A stretch of 64,000 bases of DNA from an uncultured Spirochaetota bacterium (GCA_963734495.1 CAVTHK010000011.1:672001-736000), one strand, 5' to 3'; positions 42,591 through 53,325 are shown, counted from the stretch's first letter. A program made the numbers and translations. Notes: generated by a model not told the origin, from the letters alone.

Positions 42591-44033
42591 GTGGGAGGTT
42601 TGTTCGCCGTCGCTTCGCGCCGGGACTGCGTGGATGCCCTCTTCTACGGGACGGACTACCACTGCCACCTCGGCACGCGGCGCGGCGGGCTCGCCGTCGT
42701 CAACGGCGAGGGCTTCACGCGCTTCATCCACGACATCACCAACGCGCAGTTCAGGAGCAAGTTCGAGACCGACATCTCGCGGATGACGCGGCGCGACCGG
42801 CATCGGGGTCATCAGCGACACCGAGGATCAGCCCCTGATCGTCGGCTCGCACCTGGGCGTCTACGCCATCGCGACCGTCGGCGCGGTGCGCAACCTCGAG
42901 CCGCTCGCCCGCGCGCGGCGTTCGAGAAGCGGACGACGCACTTCTCCGAGATGACGGGCAACGTGATCAACCCGACCGAGCTCGTCGCCACGCTCATCAA
43001 CCAGGAGGCGAGCTTCGAGGAGGGAATCCGCAGGGCTCAGGAGTCAGATTGAAGGCTCGTGCTCGCTGCTGATCCTCAGCCGCGACGGGATCTTCGCGGC
43101 CCGCGACCGCCTCGGCCGTACGCCCCTCGTCCTGGGGCGGAGCGGCGAGGGTCTCGCCGTCGCCTCGGAATCGTGCGCGCTGCCCAACCTCGGCTTCGAG
43201 CCGGTGCGGGACCTCGGGCCCGGCGAGGTCGTCCGGATCACGGCGGACGGCGCGGAGACGCGCGTGGCGCCCCGCGAACGACCTTCAGTATTTGCTCATT
43301 CCTCTGGGTCTACTACGGCTACCCCGCGTCGTCGTACGAAGGCGTCAACGTCGAGCAGATGCGCTACAGGAGCGGCGCCGCGCTCGCAGCGGCCGACCGC
43401 GCCGCGGACGGCGGCTTCGCGATCGACACGGTCGCAGGCATCCCGGACTCGGGCACGTCCCACGCGCTCGGCTACGCGCGCGAGGCGGGGCTGCCGTACG
43501 CGAGGCCCTTCGTGAAGTACACGCCGACCTGGGCGCGCAGCTTCATGCCGCAGAGCCAGGGCGGCGCGCGACCTGGTCGCCCGCATGAAGCTCATCCCCA
43601 TCCGCGAGCTCGTGGAGGGGAGGAGGCTCCTGTTCTGCGACGACTCGATCGTGCGGGGCACGCAGCTGCGCGACACCTTTGCGCGGCTCTTCGACCTCGG
43701 CGCGCGGGAGGTGCACCTGCGCATCGCCTGCCCGCCTCTGCTCTTCGGCTGCCCCTTCCTCAATTTCTCGCGCTCGCGGCTCGGAGATGGACCTCGCGGC
43801 GCGCAAGGCCGTGGCGCAGCTCGAAGGCGGCGCCGCCCCGGCCGCGCGCGGGAAGCCTGTGCCCGACGCCTACCTGGACCCTTCGACGCGCGGAGTACCG
43901 CGAGATGGTCGGCCTCATCGCCCGCTCGCTCGGCGTGACGTCGCTGCGCTACCAGACCCTCGATGGGATGGTGTCGAGCATCGGCCTCGCGCGCGAGCGC
44001 CTGTGCACTCACTGCTGGGCGGACGGCCGCTGA
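42591..44033 (+). CDS. purF: Amidophosphoribosyltransferase, Cys1-less type (multiple frameshifts)
   Basis: Fragments across frames: MGGLF...GTDYHCHLGTRRGG, RDRLGRTP, ICSFLWVYYGYP, GIPDSG, CDDSIVRGT, RIACPP, LCTHCW. Confidence 0.82.
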
Positions 44034-44052
44034 CGGCTGCCGGCCCGGAGCG

Positions 44053-45301
44053 CTACCGGCCGCCGAGGGCGAAGATCGCGCCGTCCCACAGGCGGCGCAC
44101 CAGGCCTCCGCGGGGCACGTCCTTGCCGGGGACGAGCGGCACGCGGAGAATCTCGTCTCCGCGCAGGCTTACGACCACCCAGCCGAGCGGCTCGCTCGCG
44201 GCGAGCGGCGCGCGGAGGCGCTCGCGGTACTCGCGCCGCGTCGTGACAAAGACGGTCGACTCGCGGGGCACGGTCACCACCGGCCGCTCCAGCACGACCG
44301 CCACGCGGCCGCCGGGCGCCCCGTACACGCGGGCCTTCGGAAGCGCAGGCAGCCTCGGCGCGAACGTGGTCCAGGCGTAGAATGCGTAGGTGAGGACGCT
44401 CGTGGAGTCGACCGCGCGGTTGATGCCGCCGTCGCGGGCGGAATCCCCCTGGCCGCCGAGGATGACGGCGACGACCTTCATCTGCCCGCGCCCGGCGTAC
44501 AGCGCGATGTTGTAGCCCGATTCTTCGATGTAGCCCGTCTTCAGGCCCTCGACGCCGTCGAGCCTCCCGATGAGCTCGTTGTGATTCGGCCTCGTCACCG
44601 TGGGCCGCGAGCCCCTCATGAAGGGGGCGAGGTTCTCGGGCCGCGGGTAGGAGAACTCGGCGAGCGCGTGGAGGCTCGCGATCGCCTGGGGGTGCGCCCG
44701 CACGTAGAGCCGGCAGAAGCGCGCGTACTCGCCCGCGGTCGTGGTGTTCTTTTCGCTGTATCCCGACGGGTCCACGAAGCGCGTGGCCTGCAGCCCCAGC
44801 CGCCGGGCCTCGGCGTTCATCCGCTCCACGAAAGCCGGCAGGCTGCCGCCGATGTACTCCGCCACCGCCACCGCGGCGTCGTTGCCCGACGGGAGAGCGA
44901 TCCCTTCCATGAGCTCCCGGAGCGTGACCTGCTGGCCGGGCTCCAGGAACATGAGCGAAGAGCCGGCCGGCTGGTTCTTGGCCCACGCCCGGATGCTGAC
45001 CGGCACCTTGTCGGCGAGGGAGACTGTCGCCGGCTTCGACCTTGAGCCAGGCGAGGTGGAGCGTCATGAGCTTCGTGAGCGAAGCGGGCGGGATGACGAG
45101 GTCGGGCTCCTTGGAGTACAGGACGGCGCCCGTATCGACGTCGACGGCGACCGCGGACCGCGCCAGGAGCGCGGGCGGCGGGGTTTCGGGCGGCGCGTCC
45201 TCGTCGCCCGCGTCCCGCTGCGGGCCGCGCGCGCAGGCCGAGAGCGAGAGCGCGCAGGCGGCGGCGGTCAGGAGCCGGAGGGCGTATCGCAGGCGGAGCA
45301 T
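44053..45301 (-). CDS. D-alanyl-D-alanine carboxypeptidase (S11) (frameshift near 45020)
   Basis: PASLTKLMT (SxxK), SGNDAA (SxN), LKTG; lipobox LSAC. Confidence 0.88.
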
Positions 45302-45499
45302 CGGGTCTTTCCTTTGTGCGAGTCGTCTCGAGATCGACAGTGGTCCGTTAGGCGCCTTCTTATACCATGTTCCCTTCGGGGGCATCCAGAGCGGGGCACC
45401 CCCGCGGGCAGCGGTTCCCGGCGAGGGGGTGGCGGGGCGGGGCGGGCTTGGGCTGCGTCGGGAACGGCCGAGCCAAGGGGGAATGGGGGGCCTACAAGA

Positions 45500-46290
45500 G
45501 CGGAGTAGCGCGGGTTTGGCGGGTCAGCGTCGCAAAGACCGGCAGACCCCTGGCCAATCGCACGCTGGTGGTGAGGATGAAGGCCGTGAAAGCGCTGTTC
45601 TCCTTCCTCACCCGAGAGGGCACGGTGCTGCGGGACCCGACGTCGGACGTGGCTTCACCGCGTGAACAGGTCATCCTGAGCCGCAACGTGCTCTTGCAGG
45701 ATGAGGTTCGCGAGCTGATCCAGCGCACGCGCCCCGTTGATCCGCTCTCGATGAGGAACCGGGCGATCGCGGAGCTGTTCTACGCTTGCGGGGGGTGCGG
45801 ACCTCGGAGCTCTGCGACCTGAAAGTTGGGGACCTGGACCTCAAGGAGCAGACGGTCACGATCGTTCCATGGCAAGGGTGGGCGACCTCGTATCGTGCCC
45901 ATCGGGAAGTACGCCGTGCACTACATCGAGCTGTACCTCGCGGATTCCCGAAAGCACATGCTGGCGGGGCGACGGGAAGATCCCGGTAACCTGTTCCTTT
46001 CCGGCAGAGGCAATCCGTTTGACCGGTCGTCGATCAACAAGACGGTGATGCGATCCGTGGGGAAGGCGCTTTCGGACGGCAAGAGAATCTCTGCCTACAC
46101 GTTACGTCACTCGATCGCTATGCATTTGCGCGGCAACGGCCTCGACGTAGTCCACATCGCGAAGCTACTCGGTCACCGCTCGCTGCGGACCACGCAGCGC
46201 TCCCTCAACGTCGAGATCGGCGACCTGAAACGGCCGCACGCGCGTTTGCATCCCAGAGAGGTTGGCACAACGCGCGTCGGACAACTGTAG
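45500..46290 (+). pseudogene. XerC/D-like tyrosine recombinase remnant
   Basis: RNRAIAELFYACG.RTSEL, GKGG, LRHS, LLGH. N-terminus missing, frameshifted, and the catalytic Tyr position reads TTQRS (TCC at 46201). Confidence 0.82.
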
Positions 46291-46328
46291 TCTCTGACGC
46301 TCGACCCTGGAACGCCGTCGTCCACCGC

Positions 46329-46357
46329 TTGACTGAGGTTAGCATATTTGCTAACTT
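46329..46357 (+). promoter_or_regulatory. TA promoter with inverted-repeat operator
   Basis: TTGACT-N17-TAACTT; GTTAGCA-tatt-TGCTAAC at 46338-46355. Confidence 0.75.
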
Positions 46358-46363
46358 CATGGC

Positions 46364-46690
46364 GTGCCGTATGCCGTCGACTACTTCAACCGGCGCGTAC
46401 TCGACGAGGTCGAGTCGTGGCCGGTCGGTATCCTGGCGCACTACGCGCGGCTTGTCGAGCTTCTCATCGAGTTCGGCCCGGACCTGAGAATGCCACACTC
46501 CCGTCCGATGGGCGGAGGGCTCTTCGAGCTGCGCCCTCGTGGACGGGAAGGCATCGGACGGGCGCTGTACTGCTTTGTGGCGGGGCGGCGGGTCGTAATC
46601 CTTCATGCGTTCGGCAAGAAGACGAGGGCCACGCCTCTGCGCGACCTGGACATCGCCCGCAAACGGATGAGGGAGGTGCGCAATGGCTAA
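46364..46690 (+). CDS. RelE/HigB-type (Gp49/DUF891) toxin
   Basis: PHSRPMGGGLFELR...GRALY...ILHAFGKKT. Confidence 0.88.
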   Translation: MPYAVDYFNRRVLDEVESWPVGILAHYARLVELLIEFGPDLRMPHSRPMGGGLFELRPRGREGIGRALYCFVAGRRVVILHAFGKKTRATPLRDLDIARKRMREVRNG

Positions 46691-47048
46691 GAGCGAATGC
46701 AGTCCGGTCTCCCACGACCATGACGCGTTTCTCAAGCGGGCCCTCAAGAGAAAGGGTTTCCGCGAAGCCTACGATGATCTGGAGGACGAGTACCTGCTGG
46801 TGCGCGAACTCCTGGCGGCCCGCGCGCAAGCCGGCCTCACGCAAGAGGAGGTCGCGGCGTCCATGGGCACCACCAAGAGTGCGGTCTCGCGGCTGGAGGG
46901 CGCCGGCAAGCACTCGCCGTCGGTGAGTACGCTGAAGAAATACGCGAAGGCCGTCGGGTGCGACGTCAAGATAAGGATCGTCCCAGCTCCTCGGCGAGCA
47001 GGCGCATCCAGAAGACGGCGCACTCGCTCGGGTGTTTCCGGCCCGTAG
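46683..47048 (+). CDS. XRE-family HTH antitoxin (HigA-like)
   Basis: AGLTQEEVAASMGTTKSAVSRLE...PSVSTLKKYA. Confidence 0.9.
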   Translation: MAKSECSPVSHDHDAFLKRALKRKGFREAYDDLEDEYLLVRELLAARAQAGLTQEEVAASMGTTKSAVSRLEGAGKHSPSVSTLKKYAKAVGCDVKIRIVPAPRRAGASRRRRTRSGVSGP

Positions 47049-47091
47049 GCTGGCGGCGACGTGCACGCAGCGGGCAGCCAAGACAGCCGAA

Positions 47092-47577
47092 ATGCAGAAA
47101 CTGACGCCGGCAAACTACACGACTGACAGACTCTATCCGCGCGTGGCGCGTGCCGTAACCGAGCTCTTGGCCAGCGGTTTGCCAGTTTCAACACCCGCGG
47201 TGTTCGTGAAGATGGGGATGCTGTCGGAAGGGAGTCTGAAGGCGTGGCGTGATGGCAAGGTTCCCCACTTGGAGCGCGTCATTGCGGGTAGCCTCGGCAA
47301 GACGAGCCGGATCGTGCGTATCGTTTCCCTCTACGCGCACGATTTGAACCTTCCGCCTGCGCCGCCTCATGTGGCGGGACCCATCAAACACAAGGGGCAC
47401 GCTCTGCGTTTCTGCAAGACCGGCGAGCCCCGCGTTGAGGAAGCCTACCGGAGGGTCTTCAGCCCTCGTCTACCTGGCTGGAAGGTCGTGCCGACACCCG
47501 AGGAACGACACGCAAGAGCCAAGTCCGGGGGTGTCCTACAAGGCGGGGAACTCGACGGGACCGATTGTTTCGGATGA
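47092..47577 (+). CDS. Hypothetical protein
   Basis: Clean ORF (W..G.VP.LERVI...LRFCKTG...EEAY). Confidence 0.6.
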   Translation: MQKLTPANYTTDRLYPRVARAVTELLASGLPVSTPAVFVKMGMLSEGSLKAWRDGKVPHLERVIAGSLGKTSRIVRIVSLYAHDLNLPPAPPHVAGPIKHKGHALRFCKTGEPRVEEAYRRVFSPRLPGWKVVPTPEERHARAKSGGVLQGGELDGTDCFG

Positions 47578-47589
47578 CGTAGTGGTCAC

Positions 47590-48122
47590 CTTGATTTACT
47601 AAGAACATCCGGGAGGAACAGCCCAAGAAGGCGGCCGTGCTGCCGCAGCTCGCCGGAAGGCGGACGCCTCGGTGGGTGGTGGTCTCCGGCCACGTCGCGG
47701 AAGACGACGCACGCATCAGCGACGGCCGAGACCGGTCACTCTCCCCGCATGATCTGCGGCTCGCTCGCGGGGTCGACCTGTACCTGCTGCCTGCCACCAG
47801 GGGCGAGAAGCGATCCGGCAGAAGTGGGCCGACGAAACGAACGCGACCGTCCACGGCTGCGAAAGCGAGACCGAGAGCGCCCTGAGCACGTTGTCCGCTG
47901 ATGGCGCTGCTGGAGAACGCCCCGCATTGGTTCGCGCGCTGGCGGGAAGCGAAAGACCGGCGGCGCCCACACTTCCCCGAGCTGCGGCGGCTCTGCGATG
48001 AACTCCGGACGGACTTCGCCGCGGCTAACGACGCCATCGGCGCCGCCGTTGACCTGGGCGCCTTCCGTGATATTCTGGCCGCGGCGCAGCGCCACGCGCC
48101 GATCCTCAACGACCTCGGCTGA
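47590..48122 (+). pseudogene. Fragmented hypothetical gene
   Basis: Consecutive short plus-strand ORFs (47637-47885 and 47901-48122) with protein-like composition, interrupted by stops. Confidence 0.3.
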
Positions 48123-48159
48123 TCACCACCACATCCGGCGGTGCCTGAAGGAACAGTGA

Positions 48160-48495
48160 ATGGCGGAATACGGTGAATGGAATCGAAAAGGGGCAACCCT
48201 GAGCGAGGTCACCGCGCAGAAGGAATACGGCGTGAGCCGCGACTTTATCGTTAGGGGCATCCAGAGCGGAAAGCTCGAATACAGAGATGGAGCGATATGG
48301 GGTAACCCGTATCTGCGGATTCTGAGGAGTCAGCTTGAGCAGTACATCGTTGTGGAGCTTGGGTCGGCCTACTTGGCGAGCAAGAGGAACAAGACAGAAC
48401 TGCGCATGATCAAGAAGGAAATGGCCGACCTGAAAAAGAGACTGGATCAACTTCAGGCGCGAAGAACAGAGCTTGAGGAACAGATGGGGGAATAG
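48160..48495 (+). CDS. Hypothetical protein (excisionase-like HTH plus coiled coil)
   Basis: LSEVTAQKEYGVSRDFIVRGIQSGKL followed by a heptad-rich C-terminus. Confidence 0.65.
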   Translation: MAEYGEWNRKGATLSEVTAQKEYGVSRDFIVRGIQSGKLEYRDGAIWGNPYLRILRSQLEQYIVVELGSAYLASKRNKTELRMIKKEMADLKKRLDQLQARRTELEEQMGE

Positions 48496-48767
48496 GGAAC
48501 GGACCAAGGCACTTTCTCCGTTCCAGAGCGTGATGGATACCCCTGCCGCGCACTGCGCCTCCAAGCCGCGGAGGCCACCTGGTCGGTTTCCGCCGGACCC
48601 GCGCATTGCCCGTTTCCGGCCAACTCGGGAAACCGCGCGTTGTCGTGCGGCGTATTGCCGGCCGTTCCCGACGCAGCCCAAGCCCGCCCCACCCCCGCCA
48701 CTCCCTCGCCGGGAACACGCAGCCCGCGAGCGTTGACGCTTCGAGCGCGGCGTCGGTAGACTGTCTC

Positions 48768-49133
48768 GTGCTCATTCTGAAATCCAGCAGAGTCCTCGCG
48801 GCCGCGGTGACGCTGGCCATCCTCGTGCTGTCGCTCGTGCCGCAAAGCTCGGCGCCCGACCCGCTGCACAACGACAAGGCCGAGCATGCGACGGCCTACG
48901 CCGCGCTGGGGCTGCTCGCGTTCCTCGCCACCGGCAAGAGGAGCGCCGCGGTCATCCTCGCCACCATCGGGGTCTGCAGCCTGTACGGGGGCCTCATCGA
49001 AATCATCCAGCCCTGGTTCGGCAGGAACCGCGAGCTCGGGGACTGGGTCGCCGACATCGGCGGGGCGCTCGCCGGGACGCTTCTCGGAGCGCTCGCCCGG
49101 TCTCTGCTCGACCAGCGCGCGCGAGCTCGTTGA
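48768..49133 (+). CDS. VanZ family membrane protein
   Basis: DKAEHATAY...GGLIEIIQPWFGR...DWVAD. Confidence 0.85.
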   Translation: MLILKSSRVLAAAVTLAILVLSLVPQSSAPDPLHNDKAEHATAYAALGLLAFLATGKRSAAVILATIGVCSLYGGLIEIIQPWFGRNRELGDWVADIGGALAGTLLGALARSLLDQRARAR

Positions 49134-49143
49134 CCCGCGCGGG

Positions 49144-50346
49144 TCACTCCAGCTTCACTGTGGCCTGAAGCCGCTTGATCACCAGCGTCGCGTAGCAGCC
49201 GCGAGGCAGGAAGAAGGCGAGCGTCAGCTTCGCCCGTCCCGGGTAGAGGTCGTCGCCGGCCTCCTCCAGCACCTCGAGCCGCTCCGGCAGCGCGAGGGCC
49301 GACCGCGTCACCCCGTGCACCTCCATCCGCGGGAGCTGCCTCACGCGCAGGTCCGCGAGCGCGACGCCTTCGCGCTGCAGCACTTCGGCCGCCGCCTCGG
49401 CCGCCAGCGGGTCGGCGATGACGCTGTCGTGGCCGGGCACGGGCAGCTCGAGGCCCCGCAGCAGCCCGGAGAGCTCCTCGGGCAGCGACTCGGGCAACAG
49501 CAGGTCGCCCCAGCGCGTGCGGTAACGCAGCGCGGGGAACGGGCACCGGGCCCGCAGGCGGACCAGCACCCCCGAGAGGATCTCGTTGAAGAGGAACGAC
49601 TGGTACGCGTTGATCATGAGCAGCAGCAGGCGCCGGTCGATCATGAGGAGCGCCCTGCGGAACGCTCGCTTGTTCGCCGCGAGGTATTCGAGCATCGGGC
49701 GGTACTCGCCGAACGCGAGCGGGAGGCAGGCGTCCCACTTTCCCCAGTTCTCGGTCACGCACGTCTTGAGCCGCCGCACCCGGCTTTCGTCGTGCCCCGA
49801 GGGCTCGAAGTACAGCCGCAGCGCCTGCTCGCGCCTGCCGAGAAAGATCTCCTTGCCGACCCAGCCCTTGCCGTGGCGCGCGGAGCCGAAGCGCTGCTCG
49901 TCGTAGTAGTTGGGCACGCCCCACCGCGCGACCGCGTCCACGCGCGAGCGCGCCTGCGCCAGCTCGGCGCCCGGCATGTCGCGCAGCGTGATGGTAAAGT
50001 GATTGCCGCGGATCAGGGCGGCGGTGACGGGCTCGGCCATGTAGCCCAGCGGCCGCAGGCTGAAGTTGCGCTCCTCGACCGTCTTCGGCCCTCCGCCGCG
50101 CGCGCGCAGCGCAGCCGCGCGGATCGAAACGAGCTGCTCCGTCGCGCCGAACCGGTCCTTGATCCCCCCGTACGAGATGTCCGCGCGCGCGACGCCGAGC
50201 CTGCGCGAGAGCAGGCTCACCAGGTCGAAGGTGTCCCACTGCCGCTTCGCCAGCGCGAACACCGCAAAGCGGTCCGGCGCGGGGCGCGGCGCGACGAGCG
50301 GCTCCTCGCGGACCACGAAGTCCTCGGGCCGCACCTTCACCTTCAT
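49144..50346 (-). CDS. truD: tRNA pseudouridine(13) synthase
   Basis: KVRPEDFVVRE, GIKDR, GNHF, PNYYDEQRFG, AYQSFLFN, FFLPRGCYAT. Confidence 0.92.
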   Translation of the reverse strand: MKVKVRPEDFVVREEPLVAPRPAPDRFAVFALAKRQWDTFDLVSLLSRRLGVARADISYGGIKDRFGATEQLVSIRAAALRARGGGPKTVEERNFSLRPLGYMAEPVTAALIRGNHFTITLRDMPGAELAQARSRVDAVARWGVPNYYDEQRFGSARHGKGWVGKEIFLGRREQALRLYFEPSGHDESRVRRLKTCVTENWGKWDACLPLAFGEYRPMLEYLAANKRAFRRALLMIDRRLLLLMINAYQSFLFNEILSGVLVRLRARCPFPALRYRTRWGDLLLPESLPEELSGLLRGLELPVPGHDSVIADPLAAEAAAEVLQREGVALADLRVRQLPRMEVHGVTRSALALPERLEVLEEAGDDLYPGRAKLTLAFFLPRGCYATLVIKRLQATVKLE

Positions 50347-50511
50347 CATGGCCATTATAGGGAAGGCGGCCCCGGCGGGTAAACGCCGCATCCCGCGGCC
50401 GTTTCCGATTCGCCCGAGGGAACCCGCGCGCCGTGAGACACGACCTACCGAGTGCGCTACCATTGCATCCGGCCGGCGGCCGCACGCCGCTCCGGCCGGG
50501 CGGAGGCTCCC

Positions 50512-53325
50512 ATGAAGCTGTGTTGGGCGTGGCTCGCGGCGCTGACGCTGCTGGTTCAGGCGGTTGCGGGCGCGGGGGGCGACGAAGGCCGCGCGCCGCA
50601 GGCGGTCCCGTTCCGCCTCGAGGCCGACGCGATGCTCGGCCGGTGGGAGACCGAGGGCACCGCGTCGCCCGGTGTCTGGCGGCCCGGCGACCACGTCGCG
50701 GTCACGGCAAAGCTGCGCCTCACGGATCGGCACCTCGACGCGTTCGCGGCCGAGCGGGCGGCAAGAGCCACGGACGCGGTCATGCTCGTGACGGCCGAGC
50801 GCACCTTTGACGCGGACGGCTGGCTCCGCCTCCCGATCGACGAGCGCATGTCGACGCTCGTCACGCCGGCGGGGATCGCCATCGAAGGCGGCGTGCCCGG
50901 CGCGGTGACGAAGCGCTTCGGCTACACGTGGTCCACGCCGCTGGACCTGATGGCGAGCCGGCCGCTTGCCGATTCGCCGGGCGCCGGCGGCATCCGCCAG
51001 ATCGCCTTTGCGCTCGAGGGCGACCTGCCCAAAGACCTCCCGCCAGGCATCTACCGCCTGCGCATCGACTACGGCCTCGCCGCCGGCAAGCGCCTCGCGA
51101 GCCTCGCGGGCGGGAGCTTCGCGCAGCGGCCTTCTTCAAAAGACAGGGATTCCGTGTCCTATTTCTACACGGGGACGATCCCCGCCTTCGGGACCACGAC
51201 GGGCGGGCGCAGCGTCGATCCGCTTCGCTTGAGCCGCCGCATCCCCTGGGTGCTGCTCGCTCAGTACAACTCCAACGGCTACCGCGGCGCGGTCGCCGAG
51301 GAGGACCGCGGCCGCTTCGCGCTCTCGGACCGCAACATCATCCCCGACGAGGTGATCCTCCCCCGCTACGGCTCTTCGGGCGAGCGGCTCGCCTATTCGC
51401 TGGAGCCGCAGTTCCCCGCGGACGGAATCGATCCGCGGTGCAACATCCCGTGGAACTGGGAGCGCGGCGAGCTCACGGTCTCGATCACGGGGCCCGACGG
51501 AAGAAAGGTCGACCTCGGCACCGCGGCCTTCAAGGGCCGCAAGGCGCTCGGCCCCACGACCGGGAGCCCCGCCTTCGCGGCCTGGAAGCCGCCTGCCTAC
51601 GGCCGCTACACGGTGCGCGCCACCGGCTGGATCGAGGACCTGGCCGGCAACCGTTACGAGGGCGGCGGCACCTACCGCTTCTGGATCGCGAAGCGCATGA
51701 CCATGGCCACCGCGACGTTCCAGGGGCAGCCTTACCCGGTCGGAGGCCGCTACGGACGCGACATCGCCTTCTTCCCGGCCCTGCCCGCGGACGTCACCGT
51801 CAAGGTGGACCTCTACCCGGACTCCGATCCCGCGAAGCTGCGGACGCTCACCTACACGGGCCGGGCGTCGGCCGCCGGCCTCTTCGGGGCGGCGCAGGGC
51901 GCGAAGCCGTTCCCGCTCGACGCACCGGGCGAGTACCACGCCCAGATCACGGCCACGGCCGTCGACGGCGACGGTGCCCTGTGGGTCTGCTCGATGCGCC
52001 ACGCCGGGGTCGTCTTTCCCGAGCCGAGCCCCATCGTCGCGCACGGCAAGAAGCTCGTGGTCGGCAAGCAGCTTCTCGACCGCGGCGAGACGCACACCGA
52101 GGGCGCCCTCGACGCAGCGGGCGAGGGGACGCTGGCGCACATCAACTTTCCCTACAACGCGGGCGACGCGATCCTGATCGCGAGCGAGCAGCAGGGCGCG
52201 AACAAGATCGAGCCGGTGCTGACCTGGTCGACGGCGGGCGCCGAGGAGCCCTACGACCCGAAGCTCAGCACCATCGGCGCCTCCAACGCGCGCATCCGCA
52301 CCTCCAGCGGATACTCGCCGCACCTCTACCCGGAGCACATCACCTCGATGGAGTACTACTACGGGAGCGCGCCGAGGCCCGGGTTCATGAGCCGCTTCCT
52401 TGTCGGCGAGGACGGGGTGAGGGCGCCCTACTGGCCGACCAGCCGCACCAATTTCGGCGGCCAGATCGGCGCCTCGGGCAACGGCGACCTGCCCGGCGAC
52501 ATCTACCGCCTGTTAGGCGGCGTGGTGGTTCGCAGGCCGGGCGAAGCGCCGCGGTACGCGGGGTACATGGCGAGCGCCTTCATCCTGCCGAAGGGCACGA
52601 ACAACAACCGGGTCATCGCGGCAGGCGGCGAAGACCTGATCGGACCCGATGGAAAGCGCGCCCGCTTCTTCCTCGTCGGCCTGCGGCCCGGGAGCACCTT
52701 CGACGTGGGCGCCTCGCTGCGGGCCGCGCTCCAGATCGACCCGATCCTGCCCGCGCGCGTGCGGGTGGAGCTCGAGTACCCCGACGGCCGCGTCAAGGCC
52801 GCCGAGGGGGTCGGAGACCGCACGGGCAGCTTTGCCGGCGCCGACGCGTGGGTGATGGACGCACCCGGCGTGTACCGCCTCCGCGTCAAGGGCGACTGGG
52901 AAGGGCACCCCGGCCTGATGCCCGGCCTTCCGGCCGGCGGCGGCTTCGTGTACGTGGCGAACGGCGGCCGCGGGCCCGACATCGACCTCGCGCCCGAGGC
53001 CTGGTTCGACCCGGTCAAGGGCCTGCGCATCACGGGCTCGAGCACAGCGGGCAAGGTCGCCTACGCCGTGCTAATGCCGGGCGCCGTGCTCGACCAGGGC
53101 GAGGTGGCGGTCAAGGACGGGCGCTGGGAGTATTTCTTCGACGCGAAGACCGTGAGCGCCGCGTTCCCGATCTACGACACGGCGGACCTCGTGAGCGGCA
53201 AGCCGCAGATCGGCCGCGTCGTGCACCTCACGTTCTTCTCCGGCGAGCGCGGCCCGGACGGCAAGCCGCTCTACGGCGCGAGGCGCGTGATCCTCCGCGG
53301 CAACCGCGCGATCACCGCGGATTGA
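50512..53325 (+). CDS. Large secreted hypothetical protein (937 aa, beta-rich, Ig-like modules)
   Basis: RBS GGAGG, signal peptide MKLCWAWLAALTLLVQAVAGA, recurring (P)GxY strand motifs. Confidence 0.75.
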   Translation: MKLCWAWLAALTLLVQAVAGAGGDEGRAPQAVPFRLEADAMLGRWETEGTASPGVWRPGDHVAVTAKLRLTDRHLDAFAAERAARATDAVMLVTAERTFDADGWLRLPIDERMSTLVTPAGIAIEGGVPGAVTKRFGYTWSTPLDLMASRPLADSPGAGGIRQIAFALEGDLPKDLPPGIYRLRIDYGLAAGKRLASLAGGSFAQRPSSKDRDSVSYFYTGTIPAFGTTTGGRSVDPLRLSRRIPWVLLAQYNSNGYRGAVAEEDRGRFALSDRNIIPDEVILPRYGSSGERLAYSLEPQFPADGIDPRCNIPWNWERGELTVSITGPDGRKVDLGTAAFKGRKALGPTTGSPAFAAWKPPAYGRYTVRATGWIEDLAGNRYEGGGTYRFWIAKRMTMATATFQGQPYPVGGRYGRDIAFFPALPADVTVKVDLYPDSDPAKLRTLTYTGRASAAGLFGAAQGAKPFPLDAPGEYHAQITATAVDGDGALWVCSMRHAGVVFPEPSPIVAHGKKLVVGKQLLDRGETHTEGALDAAGEGTLAHINFPYNAGDAILIASEQQGANKIEPVLTWSTAGAEEPYDPKLSTIGASNARIRTSSGYSPHLYPEHITSMEYYYGSAPRPGFMSRFLVGEDGVRAPYWPTSRTNFGGQIGASGNGDLPGDIYRLLGGVVVRRPGEAPRYAGYMASAFILPKGTNNNRVIAAGGEDLIGPDGKRARFFLVGLRPGSTFDVGASLRAALQIDPILPARVRVELEYPDGRVKAAEGVGDRTGSFAGADAWVMDAPGVYRLRVKGDWEGHPGLMPGLPAGGGFVYVANGGRGPDIDLAPEAWFDPVKGLRITGSSTAGKVAYAVLMPGAVLDQGEVAVKDGRWEYFFDAKTVSAAFPIYDTADLVSGKPQIGRVVHLTFFSGERGPDGKPLYGARRVILRGNRAITAD

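Larger units (their letters stand above)
45401..48730. mobile_element. 3.3-kb element bounded by about 57-70 bp inverted repeats, carrying a decayed tyrosine recombinase and a TA module
   Basis: 45414-45470 is the reverse complement of 48659-48716 with 2 mismatches and 1 indel. Interior is visibly less GC-rich than the flanks. Confidence 0.75.

Noticed and set aside
45500-48500. Integron with gene cassettes
   Set aside because: The recombinase lacks the IntI-specific insertion, is co-oriented with the cargo, and no attC sites were recognised.
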